Source: the human T2T-CHM13v2.0 reference genome, Homo sapiens
Strand: one strand, 5' to 3'
Length of the DNA: 64,000 nucleotides
NCBI RefSeq assembly: GCF_009914755.1
Contig: NC_060928.1
Shown: piece after piece, positions 13,119-27,599 of the stretch
Layout: each line of letters opens with the position of its first letter
How positions within the stretch are numbered: position 1 is the stretch's first letter
Notes under the pieces: model-generated
Databases searched by the model: none
What the model saw: the letters and a program-made list of their open reading frames with translations, nothing else
Told to the model about the DNA's origin: nothing
Made by a program: the position numbers and the translations under genes

Positions 13119-15782
13119 TAAGCAAAGATAGGTGTCATTCTCCCAGGAGGAGTACATTGAATGGGAGCCCAACCACACCTTCTAAGGAATGCAGCTCTCA
13201 GGGTCTGTGATTCCAACATGAATGACATCCAGGCAACTCCTCAACTTTGCCAGTTGACTTCACAAGGGAAAATTGAAGCCCATCATTAGCAAACAAAGAA
13301 GAGATCTCTGAAGGTTATGGAATCCATTCTATGGAATTTCCAGGCCAGCTGACCCAACTTTTCCCTGAGCATTCGAGGCCCTGAGAATATGGTCCCTGCC
13401 AGTCTCTTCAGCCTTCCATCCCACTAAACATCATGATACCGGCATATGTCTACTTACATATCTCTTCCACTCCCAGCCCTCACTCACATTTGATGGGAAG
13501 CCCTTTGAGAGGCAGGACCAGACCTCAGGTACTCATCAAACAGCTGTGTTGCAATGGTTAAGAGCACTGTGCTATAGTCATATTATCTTCATTGCTTAGT
13601 CTGTGAGTCAGACACTTGTAAGACTATTGTGAGGATTAAAGGGTTAATACCCATAATGTTCTAGCATGGAGTAAGTTCTCAAAGCTCATATTATTATATG
13701 AGTTTCTTCTGTACCTGGCAAAATGCCTGTCAATAAAGGTTTACTGAACTTAAAATAAATATACGTATATAAACAATTAAATATGGTTGTTGCCATCACT
13801 GACCAATCAAGAAACATTTATTAATCTCTACTATGCACCCAATACCTTATTGGATACTGGAAAAAAAAAAAAAAAGAAGTGAAAAAATACACAGTTTTTT
13901 ATTTCCAAGGATTTTGCAATCTGGTGATAAAGACAAATATCATTATTTTAAATTAATAAGTCAAAAAATAAAATCTAACAAAGCCTTTTAAAGTAACACA
14001 TACCAAGCACATACCATGGATCAAGCCCTACTAGCCTTCGTAGGTTATCTTATTTGATTAAGTTTTGAATTGTGAGGGACCTTCAATTAATGCTTTGAGA
14101 GGGAAAGGGAAAGTCATGTGGGCTTCCTCAATAGGGTAAGTTTGGACTTTCTTGAAAAGTGCCCTTAATTTACTTAATATTCTTCCAGTTGCCGTGAACT
14201 ATCCCAACAATTTAAACGAGGTAAGATGGGGATGTGAGGAAAGGGGAACTAAGCCCTGGCAATATGATTCATATTTAGGGCTTAAACCCTTTATCAATGT
14301 TAATTCATTTCATTCCAATCTTAAAGCTACTAAGTAGGTATGGTTTTCCCCCGGGGGAACCCTGAAGTCAATCTTCTCACTCCTCACCAATGTGAATGAA
14401 GATCTATAGAATTGGAAATGAGAGGGAAATGTCAGGGGTCCTGTCCTCTGACCTACCAAGAGCCATAGAGCACAGTGGGCTTTGGCCAGTCACACAGAAA
14501 AGATTCCCTGCAGACCCAGCTGCTGATGGGATTATGTGGGAATTCACCATCAATGTCCTCACAAAAGAAAACATAAGCACCATTGATTACCTTCTAATAA
14601 CTATTTTATTACATATTTTATATTTATGAAATGGCACTGGGAGAGGGTTGTTACTGTTTTTCTAATGCAAAGCAGATGGGCCTGACAGAGGTAAATGGGG
14701 CTTTCTGGGTGTGTCCCTGAAAGTTTGTGTTTTCCCGGAAGGTTTTGAGCCAGAGCCAAGCCAGATCCAGAAGTTCCCATCCAACCCTGTCTCAACACAT
14801 GACTTTCATTAACAAAATTGCATTGCTCTTTTTTGCAGAAAGTGGTACTATTACTAAAATAAAAACATGTCTATTATGGATCAATTGCCACCTACGTGGA
14901 GCTGAGGAGCACTTAGCAAGAAGAGGGCAGGAACTGAGGAGAAAAAAGAAAAGCTGATCTTGCAAGAAGGCCTAGCCACTGGGGCTGGGCAAGAATGAGA
15001 TGGATCTGATTGCACCTCTAGCATGATCACCCTGGGCTAATCTACTGCAGAGAGAACTTGGCCCTCAAAGAGCTTTCATTCTAATCATGAAACCAGCCCA
15101 TCCCACTTGTGTGCATCTTGTCAATGGAAGCCAGTGCAAGCACCACCAGCGGCCTTCCTTCTAGGCCCACCCTCTGGCCCCTCTTGGACTTCTTCCTTTG
15201 TTCCTGACTTTGCTTTCTTGCTGTATCCTAATAACAGCTCATTCAGCTTCTAGCTTCATGCTCACTTTTAAAACTTTAATTTGCATTTCCTGACTTGGTC
15301 ATGGTCATGCTTTGTACCACTAACAGGTTCTACCACCCCTGATTTGCTCAGGTTGACCCCTGCCTGACTAATACCCACTCCTGTGCCCCCACCCAGAGGT
15401 CAGCCTGCCCATGTCTTCCAGCCACTCCTAACTTAACCTGTTACCTTTGCATGGTAGAAGACACTGATTATCCTCTAAGCATATTCACTTCTTAAAGAAA
15501 TTTTCTTTAGACTCTGAAGCAACTTAAACTTTTTATAATCTAAGATGTCCTCATCTTGGTGGAAGTGCTTTTCTCTACATACCTATAATTCTTAAGCTTT
15601 TGGGTGCATGAAAATTAGCCAGGGGAGAAGCAGGAAAATGAATTCCTGAGTACTATCTTCAGAAATTCTGATTCTGTAAGTCAAAATGGGCCAAGAATCT
15701 GCATTTCTTGTGGAGAAACAAAAAAAAATCTACATTTCTAATGTAGGCAGAACCTGGGATGTACTTTGAAAAGCACAGCCTT

Positions 15783-16058
15783 GGCTGTGCGTGGTGGCTC
15801 ACGCCTGTAATCCCAGCACTTTGGGATGCCAACGCAGGTAGATCACTTGAGGCCAGGAGTTTGAGACTAGCCTAGTCAACATGGTGAAACCCTAACTCTA
15901 CTAAAAATACAAAAATTAGCCAGGAGTGGTGGCATACACTTTTAATCGAAGCTACTCAAGAGGCTGAGCCACGAGAATCACTTGAACCCAGGAGGCAGAG
16001 GTTGCAGTGAGCCAAGATTGAGCCACTGCACTCTAGCCTGGATGACAGCAAGACCCTG
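15783..16058 (+). mobile_element. Alu (AluS/J-like), inserted at the end of a MER5-like fragment
   Basis: ggctgtgcgtggtggctcacgcctgtaatcccagcactttggga ... cactctagcctggatgacagcaagacc. Confidence 0.95.
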
Positions 16059-16190
16059 AAGAAAGAAGGAAAGAAAGAGGGGAGAAAGAAAGAGAGAGAG
16101 GAGAGGAGAGGGGAAAAGAGGAGAGGAGAGGAGAGGAGAGGAGAGGAGAGGAGAGGAGAGGAGAGGAGATGAGAGAAGAGGAGAGGAAAA
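16059..16190. repeat. GA-rich / (GGAGA)n repeat occupying the Alu tail position
   Basis: Seen directly. Confidence 0.92.
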
Positions 16191-16429
16191 GAGTAAGCCT
16201 TAAATTGACCTCATTTGCCTGCACTGGTAAGTGGGCAGATGGGGAAATGATGACAATCTTTTGCATTTGTACAAAGCAAAACCTTTTTAACCATCACAGC
16301 CATCTGTCCTTTCTATCCTTCCTCTTTCTCTCTACTATTAAGGGTATTATTATGTTTATTTTATAGATGAGGAAAATAAGGCTCAGAGTATGTAATCTCC
16401 CAAATGCTGGTGCTAGAATCCTAGCATAG

Positions 16430-17800
16430 GTTCTGTCTCCAGTCTGGAGCCTCTCCTCTGAACTCCAGACAAATATACCCCCAACCTGCTCAATATCTCT
16501 GCTTAAAATAGCTAATAGTTGTCCAATATTAACATACCCACAAATAAGCCTTTGTTCTTTTCCCCCAGATGTGTTCATCCTGGTATCTTCATCTCATTAA
16601 TGGCAACTCCATCCTTCCATGGTATCAGTCCAAATCCTCAAAGTTATCCTTAATCTGCTGTTTTACAACCCATATCACTCCCTTCCAATATATCCAGAAT
16701 CAAACTTCTCACCACCTCCCCTGCTACACCCTATCCCACCATCATTTATCTCCCCATGGGTTTCCCTGCTTTCAGCTCTGCTGCACTCTTAGTCAGCTCT
16801 GGCTGCCATAACAAAATGCCATGGAATGGGTGGCTTCAACAACAGACATATGTTTCTCACCATTCTGGAGGTTGGGAAGTCAAAACTCAAGGTGCCAGCA
16901 CCCTCGGTTCCTGGTGTGGGCTTTCTTCTTGGGCTGCAGACAGACGTTTTCTGTCTGTGTCCTCACCGGGCAGAGACACAGAGCTCTGGTTTTCTTCCCT
17001 TTTTTATAAGGATAGTAATCCCATCATCAGCACCCCATCTCCATTATTTCATCTAAATCTAATTCCCTCCCAAAGTCCCCACTTCCAATTACTATCACAT
17101 TGGGAGTTAGGGCTTCAACACATGAATTTTGAGGGGACATAATTCATTACATAGCACCACTTAGGTCCATTCTCAACCCGGCGGACATAGGTAGCGAGTT
17201 ATGTCATGTTCCTCCTCCACTCAAAGCCTCCAGTGACTCTCAGTCACTCTCTGAGTGAAAACCAAACTCCTTACAGGGGACTACCAGGTGCGGAGCCATC
17301 CGGCCCTCATCCCTGCCCTCATCTCCCACTGCTCTCTCTTTATGCACTTCAGTCCAGGCAAACTTGCCTGCCTGTTCCTCCAACATGCCAGCCACACTCT
17401 TGCCACAGGCCTGTCCCACCATCACTCCCATCCGCCTGGATTGCTTTTCCTCCAGAGATCCCTGTGGCTCGCTTTCTCACCTCCTTCAGTTCTTTACTCA
17501 AACGCCATCTGAGTGAAGCCTTCCTGAACTGAAAATTGCTGCTCCCCACCCCCCTAAACACATACACATTCATGCACATACATATGCCCTTTTCCTCTTT
17601 ATTTTCCTACACTACATATCAACCCCTCATGTAGAATATGGTCTATTTAATTGTTTTGTTCCTGATCTTTCTATCCATTCCAGACCATCAGCTCCATGAG
17701 GATGTGGACATGGGTTGTTCCTCACCGTCTCCCCAGTGCAAGGAACAACCTGGCTGACATCAGGCACTCACTCAGTAAATATGTCTTGAATGAATAAACT
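16430..17800 (+). mobile_element. LINE-2 remnant interrupted by an MLT1A LTR
   Basis: L2 motifs (ctctcctctgaactccagac, aatggcaactccatccttcca) and L2 tail tcagtaaatatgtcttgaatgaat. Confidence 0.75.
16786..17156 (-). mobile_element. MLT1A-type MaLR LTR
   Basis: cttagtcagctctggctgccataacaaaatgcc ... gggcttcaacacatgaattttgaggggaca. Confidence 0.85.
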
Positions 17801-18727
17801 GAAGAATAACCCAGGTCTTGACCAGTGGCCTCTCGACCTGCCCCTGACTCTCTGTCACTTTAACAAGGGCAGCACCCTCTCACTGCCCCTAAAGCAAATG
17901 CTCAGGAAAGAACCTACTCCGAGCCCTTAACTATGGGCTCCTTGAGGACAGAGACCACGTGTTATTCACCTCTGTATCCTTCCAAGCATCTGAGATGGGA
18001 CCCAGTTCCCATTAGGTGTCTGAAAACTCTATGTTGAAGTGTTGAATGTGACTTTTTTGTAGGGTTATTTGCATTAGAATATAATTTCTTGCCCTAAATG
18101 AAAATCTACTCTCTGTTGGAAGAACCTCAAGCCACAGAAAGAAGGTGGGAGATGGCCCCATGGTGACATGAGAGGCAGCTTTTGTTGGGAGCCCACGGTA
18201 AGTTCAGAAATGTGAAGAATGCTGTGGTCCCAGGGATATGGGCTTTGGAGCCAGGCAGGGTGTGACTCCCAGCTCTACCCACTTGTACTCTGGTCACATT
18301 TACAGTCAACTTCCAAATTTCAGTTTTCTTGTCTATAAATAGAAACAATCCCTCCCTCATAGACTAAGAGCATTAGGAAGCAAATTTTTATAAAGACTAG
18401 CACTGAATAGGCACTCAGTAAATGGGAGTTTTATTACATTCTGGTCCCTGACTTTAAAAATATAATCTAATTAGAGAGAGAAGACTAACATACAAGAAAC
18501 AATTTAAGAAAAATGCAAGTCAGAGCTTGGCCCAGGACTAAGCAGCATGGTGCTCATCAGAGGAGCTGCAGGAGTTTGGAGGGCAGCAGCAATTCAGAGG
18601 GGCTCTTGGAGGACATGGGACCTCCTTGGCCCTCAAAGTGGGAATTTAGGAAGCCAGAGAATGGAAAGGATTCTGGCCCGGGCCACAGCAGGACAGCATT
18701 AGTCATTAAGAGGAGCATTTGGGAAAG

Positions 18728-18852
18728 TGAGCGAAAGACAGAAAGACGAAAGAAAAGAAAGAAAGAAAGAAAGAACGAAAGAAAGAAAGAAAGGAAGGAA
18801 GGAAGGAAGGAAGGAAGGAAGGGAAAGAAAGAAAGAAAGAAAGAAAAAAACA

Positions 18853-18908
<56 letters not shown>

Positions 18909-19034
18909 AAATGAGCGAAAGACAGAAAGAAAGAAAGAAAGAAAAGAAGGAAGGAAGGAAGGAAGGAAGGAAGGAAGGAAGGAAGGAAGGAAGGAAGGAA
19001 GGAAGGAAAGAAAGAAAAAAGAAGGAAAGAAGGA

Positions 19035-19082
<48 letters not shown>

Positions 19083-19085
19083 AAT
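18728..19085. repeat. Compound (AAAG)n/(AAGG)n polypurine microsatellite with a two-unit higher-order structure
   Basis: About 360 bp of almost pure purine. Leader tgagcgaaagacagaaaga at 18728 and again at 18912. Confidence 0.97.
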
Positions 19086-22000
19086 GTATGCCTGCTTCAA
19101 TACAGAAAGAGTTTGAAAAAAAAAAATCAGGACTGGAGGAATTTTTTTTTCCCCAAACTGAAGCCAAGACTAAAATAGGAAAATCTGAATATGCAGATCA
19201 TGAAGGCTATATTACAGCTGTTTGGGGGGCAGGGGTTGTAGATTTTACCCTGAGCATCCAGGCAACCAAAGGAGAAAGGAAACTAAAGGCAGTTCTACAG
19301 TGTTTTTATGTCAAAGAGAAGTAAAAACACATACTGTTTTTCAGAAGATGAAATAATTTTTCCTAGTATTGGACTCTAAAGGAAATTTCTCATTGGACTT
19401 ATTTCAAACAAAGCTTTAAATCTTCAAAAAGATTCATTATATAGAATGAGATCTACAAGGCTAATATTGGAGAGTTTATCTATATAAGATGCAAATATTA
19501 CTCAAAATCCAGCAGGACAGAGAGGACAAGATGACACAGCCTCAAGTTCACCTTTCTGATGTTTGGGACTAAGTCAGCCCCAGCAGAGCTGCACTGCCCA
19601 CTTCCTCCTCCATAAGCACTGTTACAGATTTTTCTGGAGGCTTCCTGCTGCTCTTCTCACAAAAGTCCGGTCTCCCTACCATGGCCTGCAAAGATCAGCA
19701 CAGTCTAATTCCTGCTCACCTCTCCAGGGTCTTCTTCCCACCGCACTCTAGCCACACTGGCCTTTGGAAAAGATGCCAAACTCTCCCCCACCTCCCACCC
19801 CTTGTACTTGCTCACTCTCTGAGAGGGTTCCATCCTGATCTTTTCATGTGGCCGCTGCCCCCTTATTCTGCAGGTCACAATTCACAGTCACTTCCTCCAA
19901 AGAGTCTGCCCACCCCTCTAAAACAGGCCTCTCCATCATTTGCCAGCTCACCTGTCATGGTCAATGACAATCTGAACACTATTTATGCATTTATCCATGT
20001 ATTGGTGTCTCCCCACCAGAAAAGAAGAGGATAAGGATCTTACCTGCTTTTTCTCCATCATATCCCTATGGCCCAGGATAGCACCTGACTTACAAGTACT
20101 TAATACAAATTTATTGAACAAATGAAAAATGCAGTGCTCTCCAGTGAGAGCCTGGAGGGCAGGTATTTTGGCATTAAATCTTGGATTAAAAGATCTAACC
20201 ATTCAAGAAGAGACCCTTCCAAGGAAATCAAGGAACCCAAAAACAACATTCACTCCAAGGAGAGCTAGCCAATTCCAGCACAAAGATAGCTCACAGATCC
20301 CCACAGATGAGGTCAGATGCCTCTCAAAAATTAGTTCTGGGTAGAGCCAAGTTTGCTCTTCACTGCAGTCTTTGGCAGGGGTGGGGTGCAGCACACAGAA
20401 GGACAGTGGGATTCTTTTCTTCTATCCCTTCCAATCCAATCCCCAAAGAAAAGTTTCCCCAGCAGGATGAAAACATACCTCTATTCCAAAGACACCAAAA
20501 AGTACTACATGGTGTAACAAAATTAAAAAGAGACACTGTCTGGATATGAATGAAAAAAAAATCTCTCACTTGGCCTTTTTCTGGTACCAGGGTCTACTGA
20601 CATTAATATGCAGGTAAGGGCAGCAGCCTTTCTTGAAGCAAAGCTTCTACCCCGGCCCCGCAGAGAGGAGCATTAACCAGGGGTGAGGCCACCCACCGGT
20701 GTTGGCTATCCAGCTGAAACTGAAGGCTTATTATCACACCCCAGTCCTCTCTGTTCCCTTTGGTTTCCTCTTTCTTTCCCACACTCTTCCACAGCTCCAA
20801 ATGGGACACCTGGTGCCTACACCCAAATTCCTACACTCCAGTCTGTCCTTCTCTCTGCAGCCACCTGGAGCTAGGACCGCGGCCCAGAAAGTTCTCCAAC
20901 CGGAAACCAGGGTGATGTGGTCAGAGACTTAATTCCTGCTTGGCCACTCTCAAGCCCTGGGACCCTGAGTAAAATTCTTTCTTGCCTTAGTTTAGGCATC
21001 TATAAAATAAGTAAACTGTTCTCATTCATGTACTGCCTTCATGATTTCTACCATTCCTTCCTATAACCCGTTCTATTTTTAAAAACATAATTATGTAATG
21101 TTTGTCTTTATGCTTAGACACTTGTTAAAAAAAATCTGTGAAATCATAAGAATGCCATGTATATTTTTCTAATGTACATTCAAAATAAATATTAAAAAAT
21201 TAATCCATCTACTACCAAAAGTTATCTTGTATTCCATCAGTCCAACATAAAAGCATATTTTTAGAAATATTGGATTAATTAACTGATCTCTCAAAGAAGT
21301 TCCTAGAGTGCATGACTCTTTAAGTATAATTCCAGAATATAGAGGAACTAGTTCTAATTTGTGAGGTTATAAATTTGGTCCTCAAATCCACCACTGATGG
21401 TAACAAGTCTTAAGAGTGAAGGTGTTATTCTCAGCATAACTTGATTGGTCTTGTGTGTAAGCCCCTATTATGTGTCATGTCTGATGCTAGGTGCTCAGAA
21501 GAAAAATATTAGAAGGCAGAAGTCTGTCCCCATTAGGTGTAGCAGGAAGCAGTTTAGCAAGAGATAGCCATATATGCTAAAAATTCCATTATGGCATAGT
21601 AAGAAGACCAAGCCACAAACTTCTTGAGAGCGGAAACCAAATATTATTCACCTGTGAGTCCTAGCCCCTGGCACAGTGCCCAGCACATAGTGGCGATTCC
21701 CTTGGCTTATCTGCTGAAGTTCTATAATGGGATATTTACAAAGTCCTCCCAGAAAATAGTGACAAGATTCATTCTTTATAGGGAGCATCGTAGAAGGCTC
21801 TACTAAGCAGGCTTTTGAAAGATGAGGTGTTCTCTCATGAGAAAGTCACTCCAGGAAGATAAAAAGCCTATGCAAAGACCTAGAGGAGAGAGAAACACAA
21901 GCGTGTAGAGACCTATGAGGCATTTAAAAGAGAAGGACAGTGGTCTCTGTGCAGGGGAGGTAGGGTGGGGATGATGAGGGCTAAAGATATCCGGGTAACC

Positions 22001-22254
22001 CGGTCACATAGCAACCTGGAGGTGAGCTAAGGGGACATGAACTTCATCTATTGACCGGGCATAGGGAGTATTAAGCAATGGGGCACTAAGTAGAGATAGC
22101 TTCCTGGCAACTGAGGGGTAATGCATTAAAGAGACCTGAAACCCCCTCAACCACCATGAAAACTGCTTCAAACTCAATGTATCCCAATTCTCCTGGGTAA
22201 ACAACCAACATGTCATCATCCCTATGCTCTGGGTTTAAATTTGAATGTTTCATT

Positions 22255-22643
22255 TGTTGAACAACACTGTTAACTGACTTGACCTAATTGGCATTTACCA
22301 CATCCAGTAACATCAGAATATACTTGCTTTTCAGGAACACATGGAACATTAACTAAAATAGATCATATGCTGGACCATAAAACAAGTCTCGATGAATTCA
22401 AAAGAAATAATGAATTTAGAGTGCATTCTCAAACCACACTGGAATTAAATTAGAAATAAGTAACAAAAGACATCTAGAAAATCCCTAAATATTTGTAAAT
22501 TATTGCTAGGTAATCCAGAGGTTTAACAAGAAATTTTAAAAAAATGGAAAAATATTTTCATTTAAATGATAATAAGAAAACATAATATGTTAAAATTTAT
22601 AGGATTCCACTAGACCATTCCTTAGAGGGAAATTTATGACATT
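22255..22643 (+). mobile_element. Ancient L1M ORF2 (endonuclease region) fragment
   Basis: gacctaattggcattta...acatggaacatt...atagatcatatgctgg...accacactggaattaaattagaaat...cttagagggaaatttat. Confidence 0.75.
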
Positions 22644-22655
22644 AAATGAATATGT

Positions 22656-25116
22656 GTTCTTGATGAGTATCGATGCAAAAATCCTCCACAAAATATTGGT
22701 GAACCAAATCCAGCAGCACATAATAAAGCTGATACACCACAACCAACTCAACTTTATCCCTAGGATGCAAGGTTGGTTCAACATACCCAAATCAATAAAT
22801 GTGATTCATCACATGCACATAACTAAAGACAGAAACCACATTTTAATCTCAATAGATGCAGAAAAGGCTTTCAGTAAAATTCAACACCTCTTCATGTTAA
22901 AAAAAAAAAAAAAACTCAATAAACTAGGTATTGAAGGAACATACCTCAAAATAATAACAGCCATCTATGACAAACCCACAGCCAACATCATACTGAATGG
23001 GCTTTTAAAAGCTGGAAGCACTCCCCTCGGAAACTGTCACAAAACAATGATGCCCTCTTTCACCTCTCCTATTCAAAATAGAATTGGAAGTCCTAGCCAG
23101 GGCAATCAGGCAAGAGAAAGAAATAAAGGATATCCAAATAAGAAGAGAGGAAGTCAAACTATCCCTGTTTTCAGATGACATGATCCTATATCTAGAAAAC
23201 CCTATAGTCTCAGCCCAAAAGCTTCTTAAGCAGATAAACAACTTTTTAAAAGTCTCAGGATGCAAAAATCAATGTGAAAAAATCACTAGCATTCCTACAC
23301 ACCAACAGTCAAGCCAAGAGCCAAATCAAGAACACAACCCTATTCACAATTGCCACAAAAAATAAAATAAAATAAAATACCTAGAAACACAGCTAACTAG
23401 GGAGGTGAAAGACCTCTACAAGGAGAACTACAAATACTGCTCAAAGAAATCAGAGATGACACAAACAAATAGAAAAACATCCCATGTCCATGTATGAGAA
23501 GAATCAATATAATAAAAATGGCCATATTACCCAAAGTAATTTATAGATTCAATTCTATTCCTATTAAACTGCCATTGAAAGTCTTCACAGAACTAGAAAA
23601 AAACTATTTTAAAATTAATATGGATCCAAAAAAGAGCCCAAATAGCCAAGGCAATCCTAAGCAAAAAGAACAAAGCTGAAGGCATCATGCTAACTGACTT
23701 CAAACTATACTACAGGGCTATAGTAACCAAAAACAGCATGGTACTGGTACAAAAACGGACACATAGACCAATGGAAAAAAATAGAGAACTCAGAAATAAG
23801 GCCACACACCTACAGCTATCTGAACTTCAACAAATCTGTCAAAAATAAGTAATGAGGAAAGAACTTCCTATTCAATAAATGATGCTGGGATAATGGACTA
23901 GCCATATGCAGAAGATTGAAACTGGACCCCTTCCTTACACCATATACAAAAATTAACTCAAGATGGATTAAAGACCTAAGTGTAAGATCCAAAAGCATAA
24001 AACCTGGAAGCCAATCTAGGCAATACCATTCAGGGCATAGGAATGGGCAAAGATTTCAAGACAAAGATGCCAAAAGCAATTGCAACAAAAGCAAAAATTG
24101 ACAAAGGGGATCTAATTAAAGAGCTTCTGCATAGCAAAGGAAACTATCAACAGAGTGAGCAGGCCACCTACAGAATGGGAGAGAGAATGTTTGCAAACTA
24201 TGCATCTGACAAAGGTCTATCTATAAGGAACTTAAATTTACAAGAAAAAAAAAACAACTCCATTAAAAAGGGGCAAAGGACATTAACAGATATTTTTCAA
24301 AAGAAGACACATGTGGCTAACAAGCATATGAAGAAAAGCTCGTATCACTGATCATTAGAAATGCAAATCAAAACCGCAATGAAATACCATCTCACACCAG
24401 TCAGAATGGCTATTATTAAAAAGTAAAAAAAAAAAAAAATGATGCTAGTGAAGTTGCAGAGAAAAAGAAACACTTATACACTGTTGGTGAGAGTGTAAAC
24501 TAGTTCAACCATTGTGGAAGACAGTGTGGGAATTCCTCAAAGACCTAAAAACAGAAATGCTATTCCACCCAGCAATCCCATTACTGGGTATATACCCAAA
24601 GGAATATAAATTGTTCTATTATAACGATACACGTATGTTTATTGCAGCACTATTCACAATAGCAAAGGCATGGAATCAACCTAAATGTCCATCAGTGACA
24701 GATTGGATAAAGAAAATGTGGTACACATATACCATGGAGTACTATGCAGCTATAAAAGAGAATGAAATCATGTCCTTTGCAGGGACATGGATGGAGCTAG
24801 AGGCCATTATCCTCAGCAAACTAATGGAGGAAGAGAAAAACCAAATACTACATGTTCTTACTTTTAAGTGGGAGTAAAATGATGAGAACACATGGACACA
24901 GAGGGGAGCAACACACACTGGGGCCTTTCAGAGTGTGGAAGGTGGGAGGAGGGAGAGGATCAGGAAAAATAACTAATGGGTACTAGGCATAATAGCTGGG
25001 TGACGAAGTGATCTGTACAACAAACCCCCGTGACACAAGTTTGCCTGTATAACAAACCTGCACTTATACCCCTGAACTTAAAAAAGATTTAAAAATTTAA
25101 TTCAAAATAAATAAAC
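22656..25116 (+). mobile_element. 5'-truncated L1 (about L1PA13-like): RT to 3'UTR and tail
   Basis: ORF pieces [48 protein letters not shown]; 3'UTR ggatcaggaaaaataactaatgggtactagg. Candidate TSD aaatgaatatgt 22644-22655 / aaatggatacgt 25117-25128. Confidence 0.93.
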
Positions 25117-25659
25117 AAATGGATACGTTAAATGCATTCTCTTAAGATGCAGCATGTGTCCTCTTCCCTATTTCTCCCACTAAATACAGCCAAACCCCTG
25201 GGTATTCCATACAAAAAAAAAAAAAAGTGAGAAAACTCTGAATTGTGGAGAGAAGAAGGTAGACTGCCTCCTCTCCCACCACAGTGGTGTTTAACAGAGA
25301 AGAGTTTAACTATAATCGATTTAATTAAGATCCAGACTCTCATGACATAACACTTAAGATGCCCAGCTTTCAATAGGAAATCACTATTTCAAGAACCAGG
25401 AACATCTCAACTTGAATGAGCAAAGACAAACGACAGATACCCACATCAAAATGACCACCGATGATAAAATTATGTGACCAAGATTTTAAATCAGCCATTA
25501 TGAGCGTGCTTCATTGAACAATTATAAACTTTCCTGAAACAAATGAGAATCTCAGCAGATAAATAAGGAAATAGAAAAACTACATGGAAATTTTAAAACT
25601 AAAAAAATGCAATGGCAAAAATAAAAAAGAAGGAAGATTCAAAAACCAATGATCTAATC

Positions 25660-25877
25660 CAGAGGTCAGCAAACTATGGCCTCCAGATCAATTTCAGTCT
25701 GCTGCCTATTTTTGTTAATGGTTTTATTGGAACACTGCCATACTCAGTTGATTACACAGTGTCTATGACAGCTTTGCACTACAATGGCAGAGTTGAGCAG
25801 TTGCAACAGAGTGTATGACCCCAAAACCCTAAAATATTTATCATCTAGATCTTTATAAAAAACTTTTGTCAACCCTA
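25660..25877. mobile_element. MER58A-like hAT-Charlie MITE
   Basis: cagaggtcagcaaactatggcc ... ttgtcaacccta termini. 8-bp TSD atctaatc 25652-25659 / atctaaac 25878-25885. Confidence 0.8.
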
Positions 25878-25981
25878 ATCTAAACCACTGCTTCTAGAAG
25901 CTAGAAAAGAAGAGCAAATTAAATACAAAGAAAATAGAAGGAAATAATACACATAATGAAATAATAAAAACAATAAACGAT

Positions 25982-26327
25982 TGTCTTAGTCCATTTGTGC
26001 TGGTATAACAAAATATCTTAGACTGAGTATTTATAAATAAGAAAAATGTGTTGTTTACAGTTCTAGAGACTGGGGAGATTAAGGTACCAGCAGATTGTCT
26101 GGTGAGGGTCCATTCCTCATAAATGGCACTTCCTATGTCCTCAAAAGGCAGAAAGGGTGAATAAGCTCCCTCTAGCCTCTTCTTTAAAGTACCAATCCTT
26201 TACAACAGAACTCCGTCCCCAAGACCTGATCACCTCCTAAAGGCCCAACCTATTATTCCTGTCTAATTGGGTGATTAGGCCTCCACATATGAATTTTAAG
26301 GTGACACAAATATTCAGACCATAGGAA
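25982..26327 (-). mobile_element. MaLR LTR (MLT1A/MSTC-D-like)
   Basis: tgtcttagtccatttgtgctggtataacaaaata ... acacaaatattcagaccatag. Confidence 0.82.
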
Positions 26328-26845
26328 GGGTAATGAGAGAAATTTAGAGGGAAATGCTCTATATCTTGACTTAGGTAATGGTCTCATAGATTTCACATTT
26401 TTCAAAATATATCAAATGATACTCTGAAACCTGTGCATTTTACTATAGGTAAAATATACCTCTAAAATTTCATAGGTCAGATCACATCGCTCTTCTGGTC
26501 ATGACTCTTCAATGGCTCTTCATTTCACTTCAAGTAAAAAAGACCTTCTAGAGGCCTCAAAATCCCTAAATGATCTGCCCCACTTCAGTGATGTCCACCC
26601 ATCCTTTCAGTTATCTGACTACATCTTATATACTCCCTCTTGTTCACTGCACTCCAACAACATCAGTCTCCTTGATGTTGCTTGAAGATTCCAGCCACTC
26701 TTCCTCTTCTGGGCATTGCGCTGGCTTTTCCCTCTGCCTGGAATGGTCTTTACTCAGGTACTCAAATCATTTCCTCCTTTATCTCTTATAAATCGTTGTT
26801 CAAAAGTCATCTTCTCTATAAGTTCTACCTTGATGACCATGCTTA

Positions 26846-26878
<33 letters not shown>

Positions 26879-27170
26879 TTTTTTGAGATGGAGTCTCACT
26901 CTGTCACTCAGGCTGGAGTGCAATGGCATGATCTCGGCTCACTGCAACCTCCATCTGCCTCCCAGGTTTAAGCGATTCTCCTGCCTCAGCCTCCCAAGTA
27001 GCTGGGATTACAGGTACCTGCCACCACGCCCAGCTAATTTTTTTAATTTTAGTAGAGATGGGGTTTCACCATGTTGGTCAGGCTGGTCTCAAACTCCTGA
27101 CCTCAGGTGACCCACCCACCTCGGCCTCCCAAAGTGCTGGGATTACAGGTGTGGGCCACAACGTCTGGCC
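26846..27170 (-). mobile_element. AluS inserted in an L2 remnant (~26480-27470)
   Basis: Full Alu. TSD tgatgaccatgctta 26831-26845 / tgatgaccatgttta 27171-27185. Confidence 0.96.
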
Positions 27171-27599
27171 TGATGACCATGTTTAAAATGCAACCCACTC
27201 ATCCTTCTACCAAAAGGACTCCTGATCCCCTTAACCCACCCTACTTTTTTCCCCACAGCATTATCTTGAAATATGACATAATTTACTTATTCTTTATGCT
27301 TACTGTTTATTGTATGTATTCCCCGATGGTGTCAACACACACTAGAATGAAAGCATACAGGAGGTAAGAATGTTTTCTGTTTTACTCACTGATATTTCTC
27401 ACCTGCTTAAAATAGCACCTGACACATAGTAGATGCTCAAGAAATATTTGCTGAATAAGTAAATGAACCATAGATAAAGGCTGTGAAGGTCATTAAATTG
27501 GAGCAAAGTATATGTAACCTTCATATAAATATGGCAGAGTTAAAAATGCTGGTCCTTTAACCTTGGCATTCACTCCTTGTTTCTGTTCCTTCTCATCTT

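Noticed and set aside
14346-14359. Perfect 14-bp palindrome ttcccccgggggaa (also ccgggtaacccgg at 21991-22003)
   Set aside because: A few palindromes of this length are expected by chance in 64 kb, and there is no supporting context.
18513-19324. Several 100-150 aa ORFs rich in K/E/R or F/L/S
   Set aside because: Translations of the AAAG/AAGG microsatellite, which lacks stop codons.
26682-27367. ORFs ending ...[11 protein letters not shown]..., and similar at 37874-38235, 42322-42856 and 63250-63498
   Set aside because: Alu-derived reading frames.
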